DNA of 64,000 nucleotides from Geosiphon pyriformis uo1 (Eukaryota > Fungi > Glomeromycota): contig JAAOMT010000328.1 of assembly GCA_016748015.1 (NCBI GenBank), forward strand, positions 763,960-827,959, read 5' to 3'. Within the stretch, counting starts at the first letter, position 1; every line of letters starts with the position of its first letter. The position numbers and the translations under genes are program-made. The notes beneath the pieces are model-generated. The model saw nothing but the letters and a program-made list of their open reading frames with translations, was not told the origin of the DNA and did no database searches. This document shows positions 1 to 12,585 of the stretch, one piece after another.

Positions 1-17
1 CTCGCACCGCAAAAAAC

Positions 18-1230
18 ATGACTTCCCAGCCATTGCAAGAGCCTTTGCCCCGCGACGCCAAACTCATTTCACTTCTGTTACAAAATGCCGGTGTAGAAGA
101 CTACGAGCCAAAAGTGGTTCAACAATTATTGGAGTTTGCGCATAGTACGTGGTAATCTTCTCCTGCAAAGTAAATTTTTGGCTTCAATGTGGCTTTATTT
201 AAAATTTACTTTAAAAAAAATCAAAAATAGGATACTCGGTAGACGTGTTACAAGATTCTTTAATATATTCAGAACATGCTGGGCGAATAAATGATATTGA
301 TATAGATGACGTAAAGTTGGCTATCCAAGGCCGTGTCAACCACTCTTTTACTTCACCACCACCAAAAGAGGTATTTAATAACGTTATTCTAACTTTTAGA
401 ATTAATTTCAATTGATTTTTTGGTAGAAAATTATACCTTAGAATTTATCAGTAAAAAATAGTATTGATTAAAATTGCTTCTGTTCATTTGAAATCTTTAT
501 TATTTGAAGATAAGAGAAATTAATTTATTATTTCCAAGGCTATTGAAATATGATCTCTATATTCTGTGGAATACCTGCGAGAGATTCTCTGATCCGAGAT
601 TTGGCACCTTATTAAATTACAGTTTCTAGCTGAACTTGCCAAAGAAAAAAATAAAGAGAAATTACCCGAAGTTGAAGAAAAATATGGTTTAAGATTACCG
701 CCTGAACATTATTGTCTTACAGCCGTTAATTTTCAATTAATTCCAGAGGTAAGAAGAGTGATTTGATTTAATGTTTAAAGTGCTTTTAACTAATCATTAG
801 CTGATAATTGATGCACATATGCGCGTGGTAGGGACGCCAAGAATTAGAACATCAATCATTAGGCCCTGTAGATGATCCTACACCCCCATCGGCTAGCACT
901 ACCACCACTCAAACGCCTTACTCAACAAATTATCCAATATACGATGAAGAGGATCCAATAGAATATCAAGAAGTTTTGAATGGTGAGGAAGAGGAGGACG
1001 AGGAGGATGATGATGATAATGTCCTTGCTACATTTCCGATACATACTATTTCGGTTTTACCGGAACAAGGGGACCGAAATGATGATCTGTTTTCAGCTGA
1101 GGAAGATGTAGTGGATTATGATATGCCGGAGGCTGACTCAAATACCCATAGTACTGTTACAAGCCCTCCAACTGTAGGTACTGAAGGTTGGAAAAGGCCA
1201 CGACAAGAAGATGATGATTATGATGACTGA
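18..1230 (+). CDS. TAF9: TFIID subunit 9 (histone fold), spliced, acidic C-terminal tail
   Basis: Manual splice gives [38 protein letters not shown] / [38 protein letters not shown] / [33 protein letters not shown], the TAF9 signature; GT-AG introns; stop at 1228-1230. Confidence 0.93.
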
Positions 1231-2115
1231 AGAGGTGTGTATTCATATCGAATTTTTACTTTGACAAAAATGGTTGGATATGATTGAGATTTTAAACTTA
1301 TAATAGATTCAATTGTATATTGTTGATTCCATTAAAGGTTGATGAATATGGAACATCATCGTCTCATGAGTCCGAAAAGCAAGGTTGAGATTTCAATCAT
1401 TTGTCAAAATCTGTTTTTAATTAACCTGAAAAGGCTCACTGATTTTATAACACATCACAAGATTAATTTTATATCTCCATCACCCAGTGAACATGGAGCA
1501 TATACGATCAAACCTCGTGTCTTTATTATTACATATATATTTTGGTAATAAGTGTGACAATCCTTGTGCGGCATATGCCGCCGAAATTCATGAAATGTGA
1601 TGAAGTGGGACATTTAGTAAAAGCTTTTAAGAGCCAATGGAACAATCCCAAGAAAATGGTTAACAAGTACGATGGCATCAGTAAGCACATAACTTTCAAT
1701 TTCTTCATATAAATAATAAGCAAACTGGATTAGTATAATGATATCGGGCTTGGTGAAATCAACAGTTTTCGGTCCCAAGATATCTATAGCATGACATGTT
1801 ATGAATAAATTGAGGAAAATAATTACGCCCTTTGAATATTTAAGCCTATAAATACCTTGATTTTGATTTTTTTGTAAGCCAAAATTGTGCCACAACGGGA
1901 TAAGTTTGTAGTTTAGAGCGATCTTCGTCGTCTCATGAGAAACGCGGCTGTTTTTGAAGTTCGATGAAACATTGAGCAAAAAAAACATTTATTAAGCAGA
2001 ATGCCCCGAATTATTATGGTCAAATGTATAAAACAACATTTAAACGAAAGGCCATGACCGTATATTTTACAAATATATTTAGAGTGTAACATAGTTAATG
2101 GTGTAATTTTTGATG

Positions 2116-3965
2116 TCATACCTTCAACGGGAGGACGGATTTTATCGTGGACGTGGGTATTCTTCGCATTGAATGTATCAACCACAGAGCGATAGTAAGT
2201 AGTGTCAAGCTTCCAGCTTGATGTGCTGATGCTAATGGGATGGGTACCATATATATCAATGTACTAATCCCCAATGTCGCTTGCATGCTTACAGCACCAA
2301 GTAGATAATTACTAGCGCGACGAGCATTGGCCGTAATCGGAACACGACGAGAGTAAAACCATAAAGCCGTAATGGCCCCTAAAGTAGTCATGGCCTAAAA
2401 ATGACGAAAATTAGACTTTATCGTACAAAATAATAAATGAATGGGAACTTACCAAGACACGATGATTGAATTGAACAGTAGTGGGGTTATCAAAAAGATT
2501 TCTCCATGGGGCTATATCCCCATCATGAACATAATTCTTTGAAAAAAGTTCATCTTTTGGAGGAATAATGTGGTGACCCATGAAAGGAAATTCGTTGTAA
2601 ATCAAACCAGCATCTAAACCAGCTACTAGGGCGCCTTAAAATTCAAAGGTGATGTTAAAATTGATATATCACTTGAAAATTAATGAGGCTTTCCACTCAC
2701 CAGAAAGAGTTGTTAAGAAAATTAATGCCGCCGTGGCAATAGCAGAACCACGAAAGCGCTTGAGAGCAGGATTGATCAACGTAGTGGTAATAGACTTGGT
2801 TACAGGATTTTTTCATGATTTATAACGAATAAGTGAATAAGGAGCAATTAATTTAAATACAAAAAATATCATTTTCCAACCTCACCCTCACCCTCACCCT
2901 CACCATTGGAAAAGTTCCTTTGCCAATTTTTGCATCTCTCAAAATTTGTAAGCCAGTCAATAGCATCCCAGTATATAGAAGAAAAGCGCTGGCTAAATGA
3001 GCAGCCAATCGATAATGACTGACGCGTGGAACAGCTCCAGGAGTTGATAAAAGCTCTTCAGATAGCCCAGACTTCACCATATACCAACCCAAAAATCCCT
3101 AGCGATTTCAAGAAAAATGATTCAATCATGAAATCACAAATGAGCTTTCAAAGGATTATCTTGTTACCTGAAATCCTAAAAGCCCAGCCAATCCAATAAC
3201 TTTATAAATGGTTGACTTGGTCATATATCCTCGAATTCCAAAATAAGCAGCGGGCAAAACAAAAGACAATCCTATAGCGCGTCCCCATACACGATGCGCC
3301 CACTCCATGAAGTAAATGAATTTGAAATCAGATATTGACATTTCAGAGTTGAGTCTATATCAAAGATCTTGTAAGATTGGGTAGGGGGATTTAGCATTTT
3401 TTTTTCTCATGATAGATTGGTAAATTAAAAGGGCATACTTTTTATATTCTGGAAATTGTTTGTACTTTTGAAATTCCTCTAACCATTGACTTTGACTGAT
3501 GGGTAAAAATATTCCAGTGATAGGTTTCCATTCAACAATGGATAAACCACTTTCTGTTAGTCTTGTAAGGCCACCTAACACAACGATACCAAATACTAAT
3601 GCTGCTGTTCCAAGCAACCAGTAGCCAACGATTGGCTTAGTATAAGAGACGGAAGGAGCTTCCACTGGCCTTTCAAAGCGGTATAAAGACCGAAGAAAGA
3701 ATTTGGGTTCGGAAGAAAGAAAATTTAACTTTTTTTTTGTGTAAGTCTGGAATAGACCAAGGTAATTTTTTTTTTCTTTAAAAAAGATCCCGGTTTGAGG
3801 GCGTCGGGTGAAGTATGAAATAGGTTTGTTTTGAAACCAATTCAATCTTGGGAAACTGCTCAGCACCTTATTTTGCCGAAAGATGGTAGAGACAGTTTTA
3901 CAGGAAGAACACGGACGTCTCGGGATATAGAAGAGATCAGTACCTATTACACGAAGTGGGAACAT
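2116..3965 (-). CDS. COX15: Heme A synthase (cytochrome c oxidase assembly protein), spliced
   Basis: Motifs [77 protein letters not shown]; basic mitochondrial presequence; ATG at 3965 inferred. Confidence 0.96.
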
Positions 3966-4122
3966 CTTCCAAAGGCTATTATTAAGATAAAAAGTAATAT
4001 CTTTCAATTTCATGAGATAATATATAATTTTTATGATCTGCAATCATGATATTTGGGAGGATCCATCCAAGTTTCTTCATCTTGTCACTTTGAATTTATG
4101 ATTTTCTGAACGCTCACGCACG

Positions 4123-4886
4123 ATGTCTCAAAATCTCATCGAATCACCTTACGGATTAACGTTTATAGAGATCGCAAAAGCTTTGGGAAATTCAGCAACA
4201 GTTCATCTTAAAAGCGGACGAAAAATTGATGGATATCTTTATAACATTGATCCAACAACTTTTACAATCTTGTTGTTGAAGGTTTTTAATTGGGTTCCAT
4301 TTTTATCAATTTTAACACTGTAGGAAATTATTAGAAACTTTGAAAAAAATAGGGAGAATTTTCGGAAAGCAAAAATCCCAATGAATTCAAAATCTTTGCA
4401 ATCATGAATCATGCTATAGACAAATTACAAGGTTTCAAAAAAGAAAAAAGTTTCTTGTGTTTCTTTTTAAAGCGAAACAGGGATTAAATCTTTTCGATTA
4501 TATTCTATAGTAAAATCCACAGAAGATTCTATTCAGAAAGAAACTTTGGACTCCCTCATCAACACTAGGATAGAAGAGTTTGCCGTTGATTCGGAGGAAA
4601 TGCAACAACGTAAAAAGAGCGTAATTAGCTTATTTGAATCGGTAAGGAAAATGGGAGAAGGTTTGAATTTTATTATCGAAATTTTTAAGGATTCACTTTG
4701 GACTTTTGCTTTCCTCAGAATAGGATACCAGTGAAATACAGCTTGAAAGATCCAACGCTTCACATAATGGAAAGAGCACATATCAATCCTCCATATGTAT
4801 CAGATTCGATTAGCTGTGATAACGAAATCATTTTGAAAAGGGTCAAGGAAATGATTTCACAAATTCCGTTTAGCTCGTCAACTTGA
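4123..4886 (+). CDS. Gemin6-like protein (N-terminal Sm-like fold plus C-terminal AD domain), spliced
   Basis: Sm-like segment VHLKSGRKIDGYLYNIDPTTFTILLL; C-terminus RKKSVISLFESNRIPV..INPPYVSDSISCDNEIILKRVKEMI resembles the Gemin6 C-terminal pattern (N.IPV..I.PPY..NEIIL.RV). Confidence 0.7.
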
Positions 4887-5519
4887 TTTTAGTTTCAAAA
4901 GGTTAAAGAAGGTTCGTAAGTATAAAATATGTAGTGGTCAAGTTGGAGACACATCAAAGGGGAAGAGAAAAATATCTCTTTTTGACGTGCACTATGCACC
5001 CACAAAGGTTTTATATGTCAGAGATCTCACTGGCATTCAAAGTTAGTTGGGCAAAACGCCCAAAAAAAATTTGTGCTTAGCATATTTTAGAAGGCTCTCG
5101 AGATAAAAGCTCTTCGAAAGCTAAGCAGCCTAATAAGATGGAGTTAATGACAAGTAAATGAGAATATTTTCAAATGGTTGATTTCTTTTTATTTGGATCA
5201 GTCACATTTTTTTTTTGTTCCCTAATTAGTGTTGCGGCTTTTCTGGCTTTTTTTAATTATCACAATTTTTTTATTTGGCAAATTCAGCTAGAAACTGTAA
5301 TCTTTCGCAGATATTCAATAGAATATAGAGAACATATTTCAATAGCCTTTCGGAAATTAAGAATAAAATTAATTTCTCACATCTTTTAAATAATAAAGAT
5401 TGCAACTAAAACAGAAGCAATCATTCTATAAGTTTAGATGGTTGATAAGATATTAAATAATCAGCTTTTTACTTGAATCTTGGAAAATTTGAACAGTTAT
5501 TTTTTTATTTATCATTAAA

Positions 5520-5520
<1 letters not shown>

Positions 5521-5562
<42 letters not shown>
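5521..5562. repeat. (ATT)n microsatellite
   Basis: Perfect ATT run. Confidence 0.95.
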
Positions 5563-5564
<2 letters not shown>

Positions 5565-6698
5565 AAGTATTTATTAATAATTAATCATATTTGGTTCAAA
5601 GTTTATAGATTTTTACTTATACAGTATTTTCAACATTTATATAAAATTTATAATCAAACAATTTGTTTAATCTTTAATAGATGATGATAAGATTACTAAT
5701 CAAGATTGATCATGATGATAATATAATAATAATAATAATAATAATAAAAATAAAAGTAATATGATTTACAGACTCCTAACATGTGAAAAAAACGATCGCC
5801 ATTTTCTGACGTAAGTATTTCTTCATATTCTCGCATGAATCCGACGAAATGATCCACAACGTGAGTAAAAAAGAGCAACAAACAAAAAAAAAAAAAGAGA
5901 AATCTCGGAGGGAGTGATTAGAAATTTACATTTAGATTATTGGAAGGGATCATCATAAGAACTGGTTTTAATTCCTAAATCAAATTTATTACAACAACAA
6001 CAACAACAAATTCGGCAAAGATAAAATTTGGTTACACTACCAACTATAAATTGAAATCGATAATTTTTTTTGTTGTGTATTACACTTAAAGGAAGCTGAC
6101 TTGTCAGTAAAAATTTAATTTTTCTTCTTCATGTGGGCGTAATAGAAAAACTTTATATATTATTTGGGCACGTTGAAAGAATTGGCTATCATAAAAAAGT
6201 ATTGGAACTCTTTTTGGCTTAAATTTCTATGACTCAAAAAAAAACATTCTTTTAAAAATGAAAATGAGATTGTCTTTTGAATTAACAATGAACATTGTAT
6301 TAAACCTGATTAATCATACAATATTGCTTTTAATGAGGTTTAAATCACCCAACAATGATTCATGTTACTCAATGAACTAACTTTGGTGTGGTCTAGAAAC
6401 AGGTAAAAAAAATTTGGTATCACCTAGGAAACCGAAAAGTACAGATGCACGTTAAAAAGATAATCCTCACACGCTGTTCACAAATGGTTGGTTCTGTAAA
6501 TGTCATTAAATTTTTTAGCAATTTTTAGCATTTTACAAAAAGTTTAATCACTGACATCATGTTCAACATACTTACTTGCCATTTCTAGTAAGGGGAACTT
6601 CTTGGGCTGATTTAAACATTCCATGATCACTTGTATTTATCAAATATCTATAGCAGGATGGTTTCTAAAAGATTTCTTTGAAAATTTGTGGCCCTAGA

Positions 6699-6705
6699 GA
6701 AAGAA

Positions 6706-6773
<68 letters not shown>

Positions 6774-6796
6774 AGGAAGGAGGGAAGGAGGGAAGG
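6699..6796. repeat. (GAAA)n/(GGAA)n polypurine microsatellite
   Basis: Long GAAA run grading into GGAA/GGAG units. Confidence 0.95.
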
Positions 6797-7258
6797 AAAA
6801 AAAAAATTTTTTTTCCTTTCCTCGAATTTTTTGTGAAAAAAGCTGAAAAATAATTTCGCAACACCTGATGATTGATGGCAACGTGTAAACAATATCATGG
6901 GAAAGTGTGCAAATTTTTGTGGGAGACACCACAGAAAATATGCACAGAAAGCAGATTTCAGAGTAATCCGTATTTTTAGCATTTAAAAAGGAGAAAAAAA
7001 AAACACCAACCAATTCTATTATTTTGGTCAAGTAACCATTTTCTCAGTTATTAACACGCATTTTTTTTTCCATAAACCAACCAATTAACTTCGTCATCTT
7101 TTTACTCCAATAGTATAGACGCAATGTTGTCTGTATTACTTGTAAAAAGGTAAAATGCGGGAATGAAAATGTTTGGTGCGTTCACTATAAAAATATTTTT
7201 AATATTCCTGTCACATTGTCTCTGATACCTTATTAATAATAGCATTAGTATTAGTGGT

Positions 7259-7259
<1 letters not shown>

Positions 7260-7293
<34 letters not shown>

Positions 7294-7348
7294 ATAGTAG
7301 TAATAGTAATAATAGTAGTAGTAGCAATAGTAGTAATAGTACTAGTAA
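7260..7348. repeat. (AGT)n microsatellite upstream of beta-tubulin
   Basis: AGT run, degenerate toward the 3' end. Confidence 0.9.
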
Positions 7349-7779
7349 CTCTTAGATTCAATAGAGATTAATGTAGCAATTCTTTAGATGTAATAGAGAT
7401 TGAAAAAAAAAAAAAAACCAAAAATCTTTTTCGATTTATGCAAGCCCTACCGAACCATGTTCCCAAATGTGTGATTTATTAATGATTGGTGAATAAAAAG
7501 GCACCCCTTCATTCGTTCAAAATTTTCAGTGAACTTGTAACCCTAGCCCAATTGATATTGATCCTATTTTGATTTTTTTTGCTTGATCCCCTCATAACCC
7601 CCTTTCCCTTTTTAAAAACCTCACTTGATCATATTTTTCAAAAAGTTATCTTTCCTTCCACTTTAACCACTCTTTTTTTCTTTCAAAAATTCAAATAATC
7701 TCCTCTTAAACTCTTTACCTCCAATAGGTAATCTTTCTTCAAAAAATATTATTTACATCAACTTTAATCTTCTTCAAAA

Positions 7780-9691
7780 ATGAGAGAAATTATTCACTTG
7801 CAAACTGGTATGTACTTGTTATAGTGCTTTACTTTACTGTTTTTTACGCGCTTTTTTTCCTTTCACCCTTACTAACAAAACTATTAATTTGCCTTTTGTT
7901 TTTTTAATAACCCCCTGATCCTCAGGACAATGCGGTAATCAGGTAAACTATTCAAAAACAATCGAGATGTGTTAGTGGGAGAACCTTTCAGACTTTATCA
8001 AAAACTACGTGTTAAAAGACGCGTCTTATTTTGCTTTTGCTTCCGAGCTCATCTTGGGTTTATTACCCTTTTCTTTGCTCACGTTGATCTCTCTTTACTT
8101 TTCCATAGATTGGTCAAAAGTTCTGGGAGACCATCTCCGCGGAACACGGTCTAGACCCAAACGGTTCTTATGTAGGTGATAGTGATTTACAGTTAGAACG
8201 TATCAACGTTTATTACACTGAGGCGATGGGTGGCAAATATGTACCAAGGTAAGAAGAGATATTTGTCGATTTTCTTGTACAATTTCTTTCCATATCATAA
8301 TTCTCTTGTATCCGAAATTTATCAATCGATCGGAATTTTTTTCAGGGCCATTTTAATAGATCTCGAACCTGTCACCATGGACTCAATCAGATCCAGTCCA
8401 TATGGAGGACTCTTTAGACCTGATAATTTCGTATTTGGCCAATCTGGTGCAGGTAACAATTGGGCCAAAGGTTACTACACAGAAGGTGCCGAACTCGTTG
8501 ATTCCATCCTTGATGTCCTAAGGAAAGAAGCCGAAGCTGCTGACTGCCTTCAAGGGTTTCAAGTAACTCATTCTCTAGGTGGTGGTACCGGTTCCGGTCT
8601 AGGTTCCTTGCTCTTATCAAAGATCCGTGAAGAATATCCGGATCGTATGCTATGCACATTTTCCGTGGTTCCTTCACCAAAGGTTTCCGATACTGTCGTA
8701 GAACCATACAATGCTGTATTATCGGTTCATCAATTAGTCGAAAACAGCGATGAAACCTTCTGCATTGACAACGAGGCCTTGTACGACATTTGCTTCCGCA
8801 CATTAAAATTAACCAATCCTACATATGGCGACTTGAATCATTTGGTTTCGGCTGTGATGAGTGGTATTACAACATGTTTGAGATTCCCTGGTCAACTAAA
8901 TAGTGACTTGAGAAAATTGGCTGTTAACATGGGTATGTTGTTTTATATTCATTTTTTGAAGCTTTCATCAATCTCTCTCTCTCTTCAACCTTGAACTTAT
9001 TGAGTGCAATTATTGAAATTTTCAAATAGTTCCTTTTCCTCGTCTCCACTTTTTCATGGTTGGTTTCGCACCATTGACCGCACGTGGATCACAATCATTC
9101 CGTGCACTCACAGTTGCTGAACTGACAACACAAATGTTTGACGCACGTAATATGATGGCTGCATCAGATCCACGACATGGTCGTTACCTTACCGTAGCCA
9201 CAATCTTTCGTGGAAAACTCTCAACTAAAGAAGTGGAACAACAGATGCATACCATCCAAACGAAAAATTCTTCCTACTTTGTCGAATGGATCCCGTCCAA
9301 TGTCAAAACCGCAGTGTGCGACATTCCTCCTATTGGCCTCACGATGTCTGGTACTTTCCTCGGTAATAGCACCGCCATTCAAGAGCTCTTTAAACGCATC
9401 AGCACACAATTCACCGCAATGTTTAGAAGAAAAGCTTTCTTGCATTGGTACACTGGTGAGGGAATGGATGAAATGGAATTCACAGAGGCCGAATCTAACA
9501 TGAACGATCTTGTATCCGAATATCAACAATACCAGGATGCAGCTGGTAATTATCATTTTTCTTATTTTGAATTTCTTTTTTCCAAGCAAAACTCATTAAC
9601 CCTAAATCTTTTCCTTTCCTTTGAAGCCGAAGACGAGGGTGGGGATTACGAAGAAGCGGAGGACGAATACGTTGCTGAGGGCGAAGAATAA
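7780..9691 (+). CDS. Beta-tubulin, spliced, with two very short 5' exons
   Basis: MREIIHLQT / GQCGNQ micro-exon (~7926-7942) / [10 protein letters not shown]..; [46 protein letters not shown]; acidic tail. Confidence 0.99.
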
Positions 9692-10309
9692 TAAAATCTC
9701 CAAAAGTAGTTTGTCTACAAGTTATATATTGCATTTTATAAAATTTCTTGATTCTTTGCTTTTTTTAGAATATTCCTTAAAACATCATAAAATTCTCAGG
9801 TTATTTCTTCGTCTGTAATATAAATTTGCTGTTGCTCTCTTCCTTTCTTAATCTTCCTTCTATTTCTTTATTAATTTTTTTCCTCTTTGAGTCAACCACC
9901 TCTTAATCACTGCAAAATAATTATTAGAAGATATGCTTCAGACAAGCAGAGAATTTGTATCGTAACCTCGCATCTATATCTTAATAATTTCTTGTGGAGG
10001 AACGAAAGAAATAACAATTTGAACATTTCCCCTTTTTCATCGGCGGTAGTTTGTATGATCAGCATTTGCAAAGTTTAGCCATTATTTTTTTTTATGAGAC
10101 ACAATAAAGGGTGTTGTTATACATATAACCAGCGCAATCATTAAGATAAGGGAATTATCATAAATAAATAAAGATAATTCTATTTGGTGATATCCCAAGT
10201 GAAATTTACCAACCGCCCAGTTAAATTAGAGAAATTATGGGTTAAATTGATCAAGACAGAAACAGGGAAATAAGAATCCCCAATCACGTATTCTATCTTT
10301 CCCTTCATT

Positions 10310-10624
10310 TCAATTCAAACGTTTGCTTTTATTTTGTCTTTTTCTCTCATCCTTCTTCCCGTTTGAATCTTTCGCAGCATCCTTTGTGTCTGTTTTCACA
10401 ATGCTAAATTTCTTACCACCTCCGACCGCAGCAGCTTTTAATATCAATTTAGTTTCTATATCTTTATTGATGGCCGATGACAATTTCTTACGAATGGCTT
10501 CTTGTTGAACGCGACCATGCTTTTTGGGCGCGATCACACGAGTCCCTTTCTTTAATACGGGTGGTGTGGATTTCTTGGAAGAGGTTGTGGAACGTGAAGG
10601 TTTTTTCAGGGTACCTTGGACCAT
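10310..10624 (-). CDS. Small basic UPF0390/DUF2462-like protein (C19orf53-like)
   Basis: MVQGTLKK..KKGTRVIAPKK..KKLSSAINKDIETKLILKA fits the family pattern (M.QG..K, G.R.IAPKK, KKL...I...IE); single exon. Confidence 0.8.
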   Translation of the reverse strand: MVQGTLKKPSRSTTSSKKSTPPVLKKGTRVIAPKKHGRVQQEAIRKKLSSAINKDIETKLILKAAAVGGGKKFSIVKTDTKDAAKDSNGKKDERKRQNKSKRLN

Positions 10625-10799
10625 GTTTGATTGATGAAGTGATAGAATTTGAAATGTGAACAAGGTGAAATTAAACAAACCAATTCTATCCTATGAATCT
10701 TTTAAGAAATGATTTTGTTTTTGAATGGTATTTCAAAAGAGCAATAGAATAATTATAGCGTGTTTGATGACTGATTTCACGTGACTTTTTAAATAGATT

Positions 10800-12250
10800 G
10801 TGGAGTTTATTAAATGATTTATTCTTGTAACCAAATATAATCAACATTTATTTAAATTAGAAAAAAAAACATTATTAAAAAATTTTTTTTGAAATAATAT
10901 AAAAAAATTAAAACAATACCAACAAATATAATTTAAAACAATCTATTATTAAATATTAAAATATTTTTATTTAAAATAACAATAAACTAAATTTATTTTA
11001 ATACTAAATTTACATTATGAAATTAAATTATTTAAGTATTGTTTATATTAAATATAAAAAAATAAAATAGTTAAATTATATATTTATATGTATTATCATA
11101 AAAAATATTAAAAAAAATATTATTTATAAATTTTAAAAAATATAAACTGCATAATTAAAGTTTGTAAAAAAAGTGTTTAAAGTTTTATAAAATTTTAAAA
11201 ACATAAAATTTACAAACAAAAATAATAAATTAAATACTATAAAATAAATATATATATATAGTTTTAACAAAAAAATTTATATTAAAAAATTAATTTGTTA
11301 ATATTTTAAAAATTTTTAAATTTATTAAAATAATAATAAATAAATTAATAAAATTTATGTATTATTTATAATTAAACACAAAAAATATATAAATATTAAT
11401 TGTTAAATTAAAAACAAATCACAAAAAATTTGACATATTTTTTAAAACAGTTTTAAAAATAATAGAAAACAATAAAATTAATAAGTTTTAAGACATAATT
11501 TTAAAAAATAAAATTATGTTTAATTTAAATTAGCTAAACTATAATAAATTAAGTAATAAATTAAGTTTTTTTTTTTAATTTAAATTATTATTAAACAGAT
11601 TATATAACACACAATATTACAAATAGAAATGTTTTATATAATAAATAATATTGTTTTAATTAGTTTAAGTAAATTATATACAGCAAAAGTACAAGCTGTA
11701 TTTATTATAAAATATTTTAGTTTTATGTACATAAACAGTAATTAGGCCATATTTAAGCAATAAAAAAAATAATAATTATTTTACTTGAACTTATTTATAA
11801 TTAAAATTACACATAAAACAAATTTTAACAAAATAAGAATCAATTTACTTAAATAATTATTTTACTTATTTAAATTATTTATAATCAAAATTATTTTTTG
11901 AATTTACATTAATAATATTTAAAACAAAACATAGAATAAATACTAATAATTTTATTTATAGCTAAAAACAAAAACAGACTTTAAAAAGAGAAATAAATAT
12001 AAAAATTCAAATCATATAAAGCAAAAAATGTTTGCCCAAAATTTTTTGTGTTTAATACTTTACAATTTATACAAATTATTTGTAACAAAATTTTTTTTTT
12101 TTTGAGAATTAATCAAGAATTCAAGTTAACTTAAAATGTAAAATTCTTTGCTAGTTTGTTTTCTTTTATTTTTTTAAATTACAATACTTATTAAGGAACA
12201 AAAAGAAAAATTTACCTGTTATCTTAATCGCAATTAGTTTTTAATCTCAC
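10800..12250. other. Extremely AT-rich island between genes; probable fully decayed transposon relic
   Basis: Very low GC, essentially no CpG, sharp boundaries; composition like the ghost repeats at 39.8-41.9 kb and 60.2-60.8 kb; parent element not identified. Confidence 0.6.
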
Positions 12251-12585
12251 TGAAGAAAAAATTGCTACGTTAAAAATCAAGGAATTCTTAGTCTAATGGA
12301 TTTTTTTTAACAGGAAAAAGCCTGGATTAGTTTTATTTTTGCATCACATTTCGATGTCGATCAGACCGAACATGTATAAACTTATGGGGAAATTAGAAAT
12401 TACTAATATACAATGGGAGTGAGCAGACTTGTCTCAAAGAGTCCAAGATCTAGAATAATCTTCTGCAAATCAATAGATCAATCATTAAAAAATGTAGGTC
12501 GCAGAAAATTCTTGAATAAAATATACTTTCCTTTCATTTCATATCGCTCTTTTTCATCCCTTTCCTGGTCCGAAGCTCCCTATAA

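Noticed and set aside
1568-1581. Perfect 14-bp palindrome gcggcatatgccgc
   Set aside because: A few palindromes of this length are expected by chance in 64 kb.
1614-1988. 124-aa ORF with a possible in-frame GT-AG intron downstream of COX15
   Set aside because: No recognisable family; could be UTR or non-coding. RNA-seq would be needed.
2879-2904. Telomere-like (TGAGGG)n
   Set aside because: Only about four units, intronic, and not TTAGGG.
6648-7031. ORFs with SFFL repeats (also the poly-Tyr ORF at 5696-5881)
   Set aside because: Translation artefacts of (GAAA)n and (AAT)n microsatellites.
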